Of a stretch of DNA of 64,000 bases, positions 11,431-24,792 are shown in pieces. Source of the DNA: Camelus dromedarius (Eukaryota); the NCBI RefSeq assembly GCF_036321535.1, contig NC_087436.1, forward strand, positions 110,176,001 to 110,240,000, in the 5' to 3' direction. The notes beneath the pieces are model-generated. The model made no database searches. It was not told the DNA's origin and saw only the letters and a program-made list of their open reading frames with translations. Numbering within the stretch: position 1 is the first letter of the stretch; each line of letters begins with the position of its first letter. The translations under genes were made by a program, and so were the position numbers.

Positions 11431-13059
11431 TCTAAGTCTTTCTGCATTCCCTGACAATCAAACGTAGCAGAGTTAAGGGAGAGACCACTAGGTTGAGACA
11501 CTCCAGAAGAAACAATGCTGAAATAAAAGAAGAAATTTCTTAACAGCAATGACATATTCTGCCAAAAGATTTCTTGATTCTGCCTGAGAATCCAGTCAGT
11601 TCCTCAGAAGATGTCTTAATATGTAAAAATTAGGCTGTTTACAGATAGAACTATCTGCCTATCCTAATAGTAGTAAGATTGAGGTCATTAACTCATGATC
11701 CATCCTTTCTTTCATTTATCATGTGTATTTTGAAAGTCTTCCATCTATCAAACATTGTGAGGGAAACTGGAAATTAAAGATGAAAATATGGTCCTTGTCC
11801 TTATGAAACCCTCAGACATTATTGAAACTGATATTTCATATGATAATATAAAACCTAAATTCCTATTATTAATATAAATTGCAGATGTTTTAGAAAGTGT
11901 CTGATGTTGTCTGTAGCAGAGTCAGGAGGTGTGGGCACAGGACAGTGTTGGCACTGGACGAGAGTACTGGACAAGGACTCAACTTCTGTTCCTTCATTTT
12001 CAGAATAAGAAAATTGGAAAAGATGGATAAGAAAGTGTTATCTGGATAAAAGATCAGATGCTTTGTTACCTATGTTATGAACAGAGCAAAGAGAAATTTT
12101 GGGCTGGCAATTTTAAGAAAGGAAAAGTCCATTCTTGCCGCATTGAAGTGTACCTGGGTCTTGCTTAGCAACAGGTTATTGCATTCATTGACCTCTAAAG
12201 ATCTTGGCCAGCCTTGGAGTTGTAAGAAACACTGAATTAATGGAAATCCATTTTGCTGTAATTCTAAAAACAAATCTTCAGGGGTCAGTGATTCTGATTT
12301 TACTTAGAAATGTCGTAAAAATACACCCTTACCATTTGTTTCAAAGTTTTTACTTTTAATTCTCTAATCAAAAGATAATGGCTCGATGGCCAAAGCAGAA
12401 TGAATGATGCTTTGCAAAGGAGTTTTGTTTTGTTTTGTTTGTTTTGTTTTTACTTTTGGTAGCACCTGGTACAGAGCCAGTATAGCAGTTTGCACTTAGT
12501 AACAATGCCACAAACTCGTAGTTAGGGACACAAGACTAATCCCCTCTCTACCATGAGTTTATGGAATGGATTTGATCAAGCACTTAACTTCTTTGGCCTA
12601 AGTTTCCTAAAATTATAAAGGAAGAAGTTAGAATAGCAATGTTTTCTTATAAGAAAATTGTGAAAACTGATGGATTTGCACGTGCTTGATATACAGGGTA
12701 CTTTCATTCATTAGAAAAAGGCATTTAACTTAATAATACAAAGGCCAAATATTTTGAAACACTGTGTTATCAATAATTCATCTGTACGAAAGAATATTTG
12801 CAAGCTTCGGACTACACATTGTTGTTGGTAGATCGAAATCAATAGAGCTTTTAAATGTTATTGATTTCATTTCAGATTTAAGGGCAACCTGTACACAAAA
12901 TATATTGAAACTGAGCTGAAAATATATAATCTTGTATAAGGAAATTCAGAATGGGGTTGATTTAGAGATTTTTTTTAAATGGGGGAAAAACATAAATCTT
13001 GTACTTCATCTCTTTTTTATGTTAAATAAGTACTTAATTGTTAAATTATCAAAGTAATA

Positions 13060-13255
13060 TTAACAATAGATACCCCTTACTAAGTGCCTACTTTACAGCA
13101 GAAGTTGTACCATTACTATCTTTTATTCTCACAATAAACTTACAATATAGATATGGTATTTTTAGCTCCCTCTTACAGATTATATGAGCTGCTGATAAAT
13201 GATGATTCGGGCTCTGAAACCAGATGTAGCAGATCTAAAAGTTTCTACAGTGTTC
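13060..13255 (-). mobile_element. MIR SINE
   Basis: 'cttactaagtgcctacttta', 'ttattctcacaataaact', 'cttacagat'. Confidence 0.6.
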
Positions 13256-14414
13256 ATGATAAGACGCTTCTTCATAATTTATCTGAGGAGGCAGAAAAAG
13301 ATAAGGGAGAGGGTGGTGGCTTGTCTTGAAGGGGCTTTGTCCTCCCAACTGATGAATCAAGTCCCCCACAGCAATGCATGCTCTTCTCCTTGCTTCTGAG
13401 CAAACCCCTAGTGTTAGCTGATGGCTGAGAGAACACAGCAAGATCATGGTTGAGTGACTTCTGAGGCTAAGCTTTGCAGAGTCTGTGGGCTTTACAGAGT
13501 CTGAAGGAATGCCCCTCAGCCTGATCAGTCTCTTCCTGGCTGGCCAGTCTGGCCCCTAGCAGGTCCAGTGCCAGGGTTTCCCCTGAGATGATGACAACCT
13601 AGACTGATGCTTGAGAGGAGATCACAAGGAAAGGGAAGAATCCTGGGCTACAGTGTCCTCAGTTCCTTCCTTTCTTCAGTGAGAGTGTGTGTGTGTTGCC
13701 TGGAATCAGGCGCTGGTGATGTAGGGATGAATGAGACAAGGTTCCTGACCACAATATACTCGTCAAACAGAGGGAGACACAGGTCCATGGACAAATAGTT
13801 TTGACTAGAGATGGTGAAGGTTTCGAGAAGAACTTTTCAGGGAGACAGTGCAGCAAGTGTGGTAATGCCTAGCTAAGAGTCTGTGGTCCTTGTAAACCAT
13901 GTGCCCAAACCTGAAACTTAGCAAAAGAAAGGGGGAAATAAAAGTCAGTGAAGCTGAGAGGCAAGCAGAAATTAGACTATGGGGGGCATTCTATGCAAAG
14001 GGAGAAGAAAAGAAGCCAAAGCAGCAACAAGATAAAGGGATACAAGCCTGTCTTTTATAAAGACTGTCTTGATAAAGTCCAGAAACTTTTTGGGTTTGAA
14101 GAGTCCACACATTTTTCTCAATCCTAAAATGGTAAGGTTAATTTCCTATGAGACAGTAAGCTGTTAACGGTTATTCCTTTGCTGTTGGTTCTAATAAGGA
14201 AATACAGGGTGGTATTAAATTAGATGTTTAAAAAATTATTCATAATACAGTATCTTAGGTGCTGTGCAAAGAGGTAAGCAAATTAACATAACCCTTACAT
14301 TCATGGAGCTTAGAAATCAGAATAAGGGAAATACTATGAAATAGTAGGGGAATTTGGGAAAACTGTGTGAGTTAAGAGAATTCTCATGCCTGGTAACCTC
14401 TCATATTATATTAA

Positions 14415-14660
14415 TTAACATTTACTTAGAGCTTAGCACTTCTTCAGGTGATTTATACTATCAATTTATTTAATTTTAACAATATATGTGCAATTTAGGT
14501 ATTATTATATAATGTGTATCTGTGCCTATTTTAAAGACAAAAAAAAATGAGGTACAGGGAAGATAAGTAACTTTCTCAGTGTTTCACAGCTTATAACTGG
14601 TGGAAAATAAATTTGAAGCCAGGCATTTGGGTTCTAATATCTTCTCTTAGTCACTGCAGA
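14415..14660 (-). mobile_element. MIR SINE
   Basis: 'tgaggtacagggaagataagtaactttctcagtgtttcacagct', 'tttgaagccaggca'. Confidence 0.7.
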
Positions 14661-14683
14661 ATACCACACTGAGTTGTTTATGG

Positions 14684-14845
14684 CAGTGGTTTTCAAATTA
14701 CACGTTTCCCACTGGAGATTTCTTCAGTGTCCTCCCAGAAATGACACAGGCCCAGTGTGAGGCTCGGGACTCACAATCTAAACAGACACGTCGAGTGATA
14801 GGGAAGGGGGCTGTCCTGGGACCATACTTGAGGAAACACCACTCT
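14684..14845. mobile_element. MER5-group hAT MITE
   Basis: CAGTGGTTTTCAAA start and 'gggaccatacttgaggaaacaccact' end (degenerate TIRs). Confidence 0.55.
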
Positions 14846-15000
14846 AAAACCTAACTGGCGACTTGTGAGAATGCAAGGCTACTGTGGTAGGCTTTAGAGA
14901 TATTTATTAATGTCGTAGGGAGAACCATATGCACAGATATGAGCGTTGAACCTTGGGTCTTTTAAAGCTCTCTGGACTCCTCCCAGCTCTCCAAAAGGCT

Positions 15001-15720
15001 TGCACGTGCGCGCGCGCGCACACATACGCACACAACTTCCAGAAGGCAAAGGAATGAATATAGACTTGGCCCGCCACTTCAGGAAGGAAGTTCCTCGTTC
15101 TTCCTCTATGTCAGTTATAAGAAGTGAAATGTGGCCAATTCTTGCCTATCCCAGCCTGCTTGTTAAAATTGTCTAAATTGACTTCACTCTATTAAAATCC
15201 TAGTTTTATTTTAGTCATATATTTCCAATTCCAAGACTAGCTATTTTAAAAGCATGATTGAGGTATCTATACTTTGCAATATTACAACTGTTCTGTTAAA
15301 AATAATTCATAATTCTGCTGTGGGTTTCCAGCAGAAAATGGTGAAACCAGGTTGCTGCAGACATTTTTCACACAAACAACTCCCCAAGAGCAATACTTTC
15401 TATAAACATATCACAAACCTGTGTATAGGTGAATTAGGGTGACACCTTATTTGACACCTGTGGTAACCATTTCCACGTTGGCACTTTCCTTTTGATCTTG
15501 TCAGTCTGTAGACTATAATTTGCTATGCGGCACATCAACCACTGTCTTATAATTCGCCCTTGGAGAATGGTGGTGATGCATACAGATGACTTCTCTAGAC
15601 AAAATAGCAAACCAACTTCCCCCATGGCAAAGGATGTGAATCCTACTCCCACATCATAAAGCGGTTTCTGTTCTGAATGCCACCTTTAGGAACAGATGCC
15701 CAGAGGTAGGCAGTGACTGC
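15001..15720. promoter_or_regulatory. Candidate ETS/PU.1-IRF-RUNX enhancer
   Basis: Repeat-free block with (CG)n tract, clustered GGAA/TTCC cores at 15035-15106, AGAAGTGAAA at 15120, CACCTG/TGTGGT at 15455-15464; motif evidence only. Confidence 0.35.
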
Positions 15721-15849
15721 AGGTAAAGTGGGTAGAAGGTATTTCTAGAACATTGTTAAACACAAGGTTTCTTTTTTAAACCCTTTTTTAACATAAGGGT
15801 TATATGCAGACCTCTTTCCAGAAATTTAGTTAAATTGCAAAGGACTTGC

Positions 15850-15955
15850 CTCTTTCTGTCTTCCTCTTTCTCTCTCTCTTCCCTTCCTCTTTCTTTTTTC
15901 TTCCTCTTCCTCTCCCCTTCATCTTTCTCTTTCTTTCTCTCTTTTTTCTTCCCTT
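15850..15955. repeat. CT-rich polypyrimidine low-complexity tract
   Basis: Directly visible. Confidence 0.85.
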
Positions 15956-16419
15956 TGAGCTTGCCCTGGATATATTAATTTTCACTCAATTTCATCACTA
16001 AGAAATAGGGTGCTATTGTAGACTGTGTACTGTGTGGAGGAATTGTACAGAGCTTAACATTTAGATTACAATGAATCATTATAGTCCTATAGCATTTTTC
16101 CTGCAAGAGTGTTGTAATCTTGCAAAGTTTATTCACCCACTGATTTATTCCTTTATTCAACATAATTAATGAAGCACCGGCTGTGTACTGTTAGGTCCTG
16201 AGCTGGACTATACAACCTATAAGAATGGATTTGGGATTTGCACACGATTTTGTTTGACCCCAAATTCCAATGTGTAATGGGTTTCAGGATGCGAACACTG
16301 CTGGAAAAAAATCTCTTTGTATGAGTTATTATCTGTTTCACTTTGGAATATTTCCCTGTCTTAAAAAGAAAAAATGCATTCCAGTTTCTTCTCAGTTTTC
16401 CAATCTTTTCCAAGAAATT

Positions 16420-17150
16420 GAGATATTTTAAATTGCAAATTACAGAAAATCAAGCAGGCTTAACAAAACAGGGAACTCAATGCCACTTGTAACTGAAAAG
16501 TCCAGGAGATGTAGCTTCCTTTGTAAATGAATGTATCTAGGTGCCCAAAGCTTATCACCATGCATTACCCTATACCATCGCACCCAGCCCCCTCTCCCTT
16601 CTTTTTTGCCTCCCCCTCCCTCTCTCCTTCCCTCTCTGCCTTCCTTCCTTCTTTCTTTCTTTCTTCTCTCTCTTTTCTCAGTTCTGCTTTCTAGTAGGTT
16701 GGTTAAAGTTCTCAGATATTTTTATGGTGAACCTCAGAAATTCCTTTCAATATACCTTCAAATTTAGAAGTAGAGTTTTCTATCTTAATAGTGTTAACAA
16801 GATCATAAACATTGAACCTCATCTGGTCAAATGGTTACATACATATTCTTTTTAAAAACAAAAACAAAGCCAACATGGTACTTTTATATCAGCCAGGCTC
16901 GGATCACTAGCAACTCCCTGGAAGTGGGAAATGGAACCCCACCTGAGCTACATTATTGAACAAATATATAACGAGTATGTATTAAACACCTTTTGTGTTA
17001 TGCCAGTCATATACCACATATATGTACATCAGTATCTGCACTTATGATACTTCTGTTATAATGAACAGAGAATAAGATCTCAGTAAATTCCCAAACTAAA
17101 TCTAAATACTATTACCTGAGTAAGAGGAATAGATGCTGGTCAGGCAAACA
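16420..17150 (-). mobile_element. Old MaLR LTR (MLT1J-like) with expanded CT-rich tract at 16590-16680
   Basis: 'ttgcaaattacagaaaatcaagcaggcttaacaaaacaggga', 'taactgaaaagtccagg', 'gaggaatagatgctggtcaggcaaa'. Confidence 0.6.
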
Positions 17151-18589
17151 CACACACACACACCATGCGAAATGCATTTTAATTAATAGTAGTATAATGT
17201 TACAACTAGAAAGAATTACATACACACAGGTCAGCCTATTTTATACATGGGATAACTGACTCCCACAGAGGGCAAGTAATTCAATGAGTAATTGAGGACA
17301 CTCAGGTACCTTGTACCACACTTTTAACCGAGGGTTCCAGGTCTCTAAAAGATTATCCTGCTTTTCTTTAGTTTCTTCAGTCAGTCTTTTAGCATCTGAC
17401 ATCTACACACTCATGTACATGGCAAAGAATAATGTATTTGGTATAGGGAAGACATTGGACAGGGGTGAAACTTTTACCTTTTTTTCTTTGAAGCAAGGCA
17501 AATATCAGTACTTTCTTGCCTGAATTACTGTTAATAATTTCTAAGCATTCATTTCTCAAAAAATTAATCCTTTGGAAAGATTATGTGGGTTCTTCACATT
17601 CTCTGAAATTTATAAAGATTTGACTAGGTCTTGAGCTATAAATGAAAAAAAAAATCTGTTCTGTGTTTGCACTCAGACCCAAATCCAGTGAAATCCTCTC
17701 TTTTAATGGCTGTCTGCCCGAATTTTCCTCTACCAGGCTTATTTTCAAGGAGAAAAATTCCAAACACAGCACTCTTATTATCCAAACCACTAATCCCTAC
17801 TATTTCTCATGTACATCCTATTTAATGATTGTTTGCCTAATAAAAATGCATAGAGAAATTATTCCAAACTGTTAACTCTCATTTTTCTAGGGAAATCCCT
17901 CTATATATTTTAATAAGAGACATTTCCTTTTCCATGTATATTGTAGAGAGCTCATTATTTTCTGTATCTTCACCTTTTATTATTCTAATATGCATTAGAA
18001 TTTCCATGATAAGATATCATACCTGCGTGATCTTGCTAAATTCATAGATCTACATAAAATCTCAAGCTGGGATAATCTCCAGACCCTGTTCTCCCCGACA
18101 CCTTCCAGGGGAACCTACCTTGTGAGAGTTCAATGTGTTTTATTAATGACAAAAACATACAGCAGACTCTCCGAGGGCATCTAGTAATCCTTTCAATGGA
18201 AACCCTGGCATCCTCTCTGGTCAAACCCAAAGACCACTGAGTGGCTGTTCGCCTTGCGAGCCATGACCATCATAAGATAGAGAAGGTACCAGGCTCCTTA
18301 GTCTGCTGTCTAACCTTGCCCTTGCTTACCTACCAACTACTATTATTCCCCAACCAAAACTTTATGTTCTAGAAGTAGGGCTCTGATGTTCTTTCCCTGC
18401 ATATACTAAAGTTTTAAAATGCCTTCAAGTTTTTGCAAAAGTCGATCCTTTGGTTTATTAGTCCTTCCCCTATTTGTCTGTCTCGTGTTTCTTTTATTAT
18501 TTTGAAACAAGGTACACATTGTCTACTCTAGGAAGTTTCCCTTGATAAATCCTTATCTTCAGATACACAGAGTGATTAAAAATAATTTA

Positions 18590-19240
18590 ATCCATTCAAA
18601 AATTGCATCATTCCATTATATATAAACAATATACAATAAGGTAGAAGATGACATAACTCAAAGGAAAATTCAGGTGACTTCTGCCAAATCTTCTTGCAAT
18701 AGATTAATATATTTACTTAAAAATCTCTCCACCACCCAATTGATTCTGTGTAACTAAAGACAGACAACAATGGTACAGAAAATTTAAAACTTACAGGCCT
18801 ATATCACTACCATAGATGCACAAGTCTAAAAGAGTATCAAATACAATACACTATTATTAATAATACAGTCCTAAATAATAATTTATCACAAAAACTTAGA
18901 TTTATTCCAGGAATATAAGTGGTTTAACATAAGAAATGTATATTTCATTTAAGTGTACACATTATGAGAATAAATAATTTCATACAATGTAATATCCATT
19001 ATAACATAATCTCTTGCCAAACTAAGACTAGATTGGCACTCCCTTAATCTTATTAATGGTATATGCATTCTACCTCCTCCACAAAAAAGTAGAGGAAATA
19101 TCATTCTTAATGATAAAAAAAATAATGTAGAAGCCTCTCTCCCAAACTGCTAGCATCAGGAATAAGACATGTATGTCACTATCACTGTATCCACATAATA
19201 TTATCCTCAGGACATATTCATTGTAGTCAGACAGACAAAG

Positions 19241-19274
<34 letters not shown>

Positions 19275-20775
19275 ATGGAGAAGCAGAAAACTAAGCACTC
19301 ATTATTTATAGATGATGTAATTGTTCACATTAAATTGAAACAACTTAACAATCTAAAGACAAGCTGAAATAGACAGCAACATAATAACAGTAGGATAATA
19401 TAATAGCAACAAAATAAATTATTTAGCAATAAACAAAATATGCATAATATATTTATGGAAAATATATATGATTTTGATAACTAACATAAAGAATGTCAAA
19501 ACAATTGGGAAGACATACCATATACATGGATAGGAAAGCTCAATATCATAAAGATGTTATTTTTCTCCAAATTCTTTTACAGATTTAATGCAATTCTGAT
19601 GAAAACCTCATTGTTTCTTTTCTTCTTCAGGAATTTAACAACATACTTTTAAATACACGTTAAAGAGTTGAAGGGTAAGAAAAGTAAGAAGAAATAGAAT
19701 AATATGTTTAAACATGCTCTGCCAAATATCTGTGCATTTCAAAGTTATAGTATATGTAGTATTTGCACAGAGATGGACAAATTGACCAATGGAATAAAAT
19801 GGAGATTTCAGAAACAAAACCACTAATATATAGAAACTTGCTACATGAGAGATGACATTGAAGATCACGAAGAAAAGGAGAAACCATCCAATCTGTGATG
19901 TTGACATAATTATTTATTCTTTAGTTAAATAAATGTAGATAGATCCTACTACATACCACAGATGACAGGTACAAATGGGTAAAAATTTAAATGAGAAAGA
20001 AACACTTCAAAACTATTAAAAAATATAGAAGACTATCTTTATAACTAGGTTTCTCCTAAAAAGCATAAAACCAGTTTATCAAAAGAGTAAAGATTGGGAA
20101 ATTCAATTATATTAAAATTAAGAACTTTTGTTCATCAAAACATGATACTAAGAAATCTGTAATGCATTTAACTGCATAGATTTAATAAAGAAGTCCTAAA
20201 AAATAAATCAATGTGAAAAAGCCATATTACCCAATTGAAAAGTTTGCCAGGCAAGAAAAATTATTTCACAGTTAGAAACAAGATAGGCAAAAAATTAAAT
20301 AATAAATAATAAATGCAAAATAAAATAAAGATAAATCAATTTCCAATTTCATTCACAGAAAGACAAATTAAGACCATAATGAAATATTATTTAACAGTTT
20401 CTGGATGAACTGGCAAAATTAAAGAAAATATAACACTATCAAAATATTGCTAAAGATTTAAAGAAAAGAATAACTCTCATCCAGTACTGTAAGATGTGGC
20501 AAGTGGTACAACCATTCTGGAAAACAATCCAGAGTATGTCACAAACCCTGTGATACACATACCCTGTAATCTGGCAGCTCTAGTCAGCTATACAATTAAA
20601 ATCAGGCCTAGAGAAACACCTGCTTGTGGGACAAGGACACATGTCAAGGATGGTCCCAGAAGTTTTTGTAACAGCAGATTACTATTTTAGAAGGTGGGCC
20701 AGGGGCTTTTGTTCTATTGCTATGAGTCTTGACTTGTGTTATACTGCATAATTTAAGAAATTAAAACATAAAAAT
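18590..20775 (+). mobile_element. Highly decayed old L1 (L1M) ORF2 and 3' region
   Basis: Relict RT motif LFIDDVI (19302-19322, cf. LFADDMI), WEDIPYTWIGKLNIIKM (about 19506-19556), 'tggtacaaccattctggaaaacaat'; many stops and frameshifts. Confidence 0.85.
19240..19273. repeat. (AGAT)n tetranucleotide microsatellite
   Basis: Directly visible, about 8 units, inside the old L1. Confidence 0.95.
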
Positions 20776-21474
20776 CATGACCTACAAGGGGCATAAATAA
20801 GAGTCTATGAGAATTCAGAATAGAGCATCATTACACTATTATTTTAAGAATGTGAGAGCAGGGAAATTCCTGTGTGTGATAGCATTTTAACAGGTCCTGA
20901 AGGCTGTATTATGCATAATTTATACCTTGCCCTGCTTTTCAAAGGATTTAAACTGCTTATAAAAATGTTATAAAACAAAATTTAAAAATAACAAAGAGCA
21001 GAAAGCAGGAGTTAGGGGGAAATAATGAGTGAAAAAGAAAAAGGAAGCAAGAAAGGCATAACACTAGCAGATTGGAATTCATAGTATTCAGTTAGTTTTT
21101 GTTCAGATGGTGGGATGTCAATTTTCCTCTAACCAAATGAAGAGAAAATTACTATCAGTTATTAAGTCAGTACAATAGTTACTAGATCAGTGAAAGGGGA
21201 AGGGCAGGGATTCTTTTGTTCGTTGCTCATTGATTTGTGTTTTGTTTATCTTTGGCTCTGGAAGAGATGCTGTGAAACATGACAATAAAGGCCATTCTGA
21301 GAAAAATATAAACAGAATTAAGGTACCAATGTAAAAATAAGCAAACACATAAATAAATAAATGGCAGATGTAACAGGAATCAAAGAGGATTTCCACCTGA
21401 CTTTTCTACCATTACTTGATTGGTGATGATTAATGAGGTTCCAAAGGCAGATTGGAACCAGACAGAAAGTAACA

Positions 21475-21655
21475 CACGGTGGAACTCCAAGTGTGGTCCC
21501 TAGACCAGAAGCATCAGCATCTCCAGGGAACGTAAGAAATGCAAATTCTTGGCCACACTGCAAACCCGCTCATTCGGAAACCCTGGGGATGAGACTCAGA
21601 AATCTATTTTAACAGTCCTCTGGGCAGTTCTGGTGTATGCTGATTGAGAACCACA
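21475..21655. mobile_element. MER5A hAT-Charlie MITE
   Basis: 'caagtgtggtccctagaccagaagcatcagcatctccagggaacgtaagaaatgcaaattcttggcc' ... 'tgagaaccac'. Confidence 0.85.
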
Positions 21656-21865
21656 AGACTACAGAGTTTGGATTATAAACTTTATGTCATAAAGTACCAC
21701 TGAAGCTACTTTAGGTACCAGTCCTAACCCCTCCTTAAGTTCCTGTGCCCTTGTATCCCAGGGACCAGGCTAATTTCTTGCTGCTGTCACTCAGAAGTGG
21801 AACTATGAGCCAAAATAGACACTCTTGGTATCTAGTGCATTTCAATCCAGAAAGAAAATTCCAAA

Positions 21866-22087
21866 GCAGGATTTCCCAATCTCAACAATTTTGAGATTTG
21901 GGGGCTTGATAATTCTTTGCTTTGGGAAGTTTTCTTCTGCATTTTAAGATGCTTAACAGCATCCCTGGCTTCTCTACCTACCAAATGCCACTAACATCAC
22001 TTACCTAATATGAAGCAATCAGAAATATTTCCAGATATTGCCAGGTATTTTCTGAGGGACAGTACTGCTCCCAGCTGAGAACCACTG
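21866..22087. mobile_element. MER20 hAT-Charlie MITE
   Basis: 'gataattctttgc', 'gcttaacagcatccctggct', 'ccagatattgcca', terminal 'tgagaaccactg'. Confidence 0.85.
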
Positions 22088-22479
22088 TACTGAAGTATTT
22101 CTAAACTAAAACGTATAGTCTGGGTGTTATTTGGTCCCTGGGACTGTTCTCATGTATATCCTTGGTGCTACCAGCAATTTTCAAAGCTCAGACTGAACAG
22201 GGAATTTTTCTAAAGGACTGAGTGTCTCAATTCAGAGTACATTTTATAATAAAGATGATGATGAAAATTATAATGGTGATCATGAAGCAAAGAAAACTAT
22301 AATAATTTATCCTAAGGACCTTGAAATGTTCCTTCACCAGAAAAAGAACCCAACAAGATAAGAAGTTAATTCCAGAGCCTTTTCAAGAAAACAGATCCCG
22401 CATTAAAGCTAATGTTAGTCCAGAAGAATCAGCTTTACAAAGGTTTGGGATGACAGCAGTCTTTTAATTTTAGTGTACA

Positions 22480-22620
22480 GTTATCTTAGCAATTTATTAC
22501 GCATTCAGATTTCTGAGCTTCATTCTCAGGCCCAGTTTAGCAGGGGCCAAGGAAACAGCATTTTAATAAGCATTCCAGATATTTTGATGCAGGTGTGTCC
22601 TGCACCTTGAGAAATACTGC
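22480..22620. mobile_element. MER5-group MITE fragment
   Basis: 'caggggccaaggaaacagcattttaataagcattccagatattttgatgcaggt' ... 'ttgagaaatactg'. Confidence 0.6.
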
Positions 22621-23547
22621 TCTTCACAATGGATGATGGGAGCACTGGATCTGAGGAAAGCTGAGTTACTTTGCCAATTAAGAGACATTTCCTTTCCAAA
22701 AACAGGTTTTAGTCTGGACTATTCACTGTAACCTTCTATGGAGAGAGGCAGGCAGATAAATGAAGAAATTATGGTGTAAATAAATGAAACATCCCTGATA
22801 TAAAACCATAGGCTTTTATGGGGATTATAGCTAATTAAAACACAGAAGTCCCCGCTAAGCTATAGCTGATTGTTGTTGAGCGAAAATAAGGCCCATGCGT
22901 GCCAGATCTCCTGATATCCAAGCATAAGCTGGAATTTCAGACTTCTGCGTCAGCGCTTCTAATCTTAAAAAGAATGCTTATCAGTAATTCAATTTTTGTT
23001 CAAGCTCTGTCTTTTTTTTTCAGGCTGGATTTGGGCCACAAATCACTTGTTATGGCATCTGTAATAAAGAAACCAGTCCATCTGAGGACCAGTAAAAACA
23101 AAATCATAGTGGAAGAATCCATGCCTAAGCTGGAGGTTTTCCTGAATTCCATCTCCACTGTACACAAAATCCCTCACTGTTTTTTGTTTTGGTTTTGGTT
23201 TTTTTTTTTTTTTTTCAATACCATGGCCCAAACTTTCAGTATATAAATCTGTCTATACTTGTACAGCTGGTGTGTTGGCTTGGGGAGAAGGAAGCTAAAA
23301 GATGCCAAGGGGAAGGAAGAAATTTCCAGGCTGATGGTTCCTGTAGAGACTGCTGCCACTGCATGCATTAGATATATTTGTCTGAGCTCCCTGTGGTGAT
23401 GAATGGTCCAGGAGGACAGGTAGAGCCAGGGCCTGGGGAGAAGCAGAAAGACACAGCACTGGGGGATCTCCCAGTGTGTCAATCAGCCTAAACCCTCTGC
23501 TTACATAAGTACACTTGGCAAAAGGAAGATGGGAGGCCAGAACCTAT

Positions 23548-23639
23548 GTAAAATAATAGTTATCAAGTATGGAATACCTGATACATACCAGGCACTGATC
23601 TAACTCCTGGACAGACACATACATACATACATACATACA

Positions 23640-23673
<34 letters not shown>

Positions 23674-23790
23674 CATACATACATGTATACATACATGTCA
23701 GATACTTGGTGATACACAACTGGTAAATCTTGGAGCTGGAAGTTAGAACCTAAATCTCTCCATCTACACAATCCATGCTCATAATTATCA
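23548..23790 (-). mobile_element. MIR interrupted by a (TACA)n microsatellite (23617-23696)
   Basis: 'taccaggcactgatctaa' left of the repeat and 'ggagctggaagttagaacctaaatct' right of it; repeat directly visible. Confidence 0.65.
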
Positions 23791-24016
23791 CATGGTGTTT
23801 CCACTCAAAAATATTTTCAACAGCAAAGTCTCTACAAACACCATGTGAAGAGCTTCGAATCCTATCTGTTCTAGATGATCATCCAAGGCACTGCATCCGA
23901 AGTCGTAAGGTTAAAAGGAATGTTCTTATGAGCAGCACTCGATCCTGATATATTGAAGTTCTCTAATTCTCAAACATAACTTTTTTTATGACAAATATAA
24001 ATTTAGTGATAGCTTT

Positions 24017-24051
24017 TACACATGATCTTAGCCAAAAGGCCGAGAAGTGAT
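24017..24051 (-). pseudogene. RNU2: 3'-truncated U2 snRNA retropseudogene (nt 1-35)
   Basis: Reverse complement ATCACTTCTCGGCCTTTTGGCTAAGATCATGTGTA vs U2 ATCGCTTCTCGGCCTTTTGGCTAAGATCAAGTGTA, 33/35; TSD AGTGATAGCTTT / AGTGATAGCTGT. Confidence 0.95.
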
Positions 24052-24579
24052 AGTGATAGCTGTTTAAAATATTTTGGCAGGAAAAGAAACACTACTTTAT
24101 CAGGGTAAATATGAAATACTAAAATTAAGAAAATTCAGTAGTTCCTTTTCTTGCCAAAATCTCTGGAGCCCTATAAAACCTTATCATTGCTGCAGCTCTG
24201 TGAGAAAGAAATGCACAGAAATTCCTAGGCAGTATATTCACAGAACTGGGAGACTTGGGTCATTCCAGCATCTTCCCAAGTCTCTGCAATAACAAATAAG
24301 AACATTAAAAGCTTGAGAAAAGGAATACTGGTGAGGAAGACTGTCATCAAGATTGAACTTGGAGAACTTGTGTGTAGAGAGCTGAAATGTTTTCTGAATT
24401 TAATGTAAGATTATTGACACAAGAAAGTACCCAGTACATCAGCCTCTGAGTACAGGGATTTACAGGGAGCCCAGAAGGATACATTTTGGAAACAGAACCA
24501 GGGAATGGAAAAGAATCAGAGCCAAGATACTTTTGTAAGCATTTTATGCTAATTACCCACCATTTGTGTAATATCCATG

Positions 24580-24792
24580 TTTCACAATCAGGCTGCTATT
24601 AAAATTTAGGGCAGGATAATTCTTCCTTGCAGAGACTGTCCCAAGCATTGCAGAATGTTTATCCCTACAATCTACAATGCCTGAAATTCCTGTCGCCCCA
24701 GTTAAGTGTTAACATCACCAGATCAAGCATTTAGCCCTTGATCACTAAATGCTCCTTAGTGGTGCAGAACCACCCCGACCTGAGAACAATTA
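24580..24792. mobile_element. MER20-like hAT MITE
   Basis: 'gggcaggataattcttccttgcagagactgtcccaagcattgcagaatgttta' ... 'tgagaac'. Confidence 0.6.
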
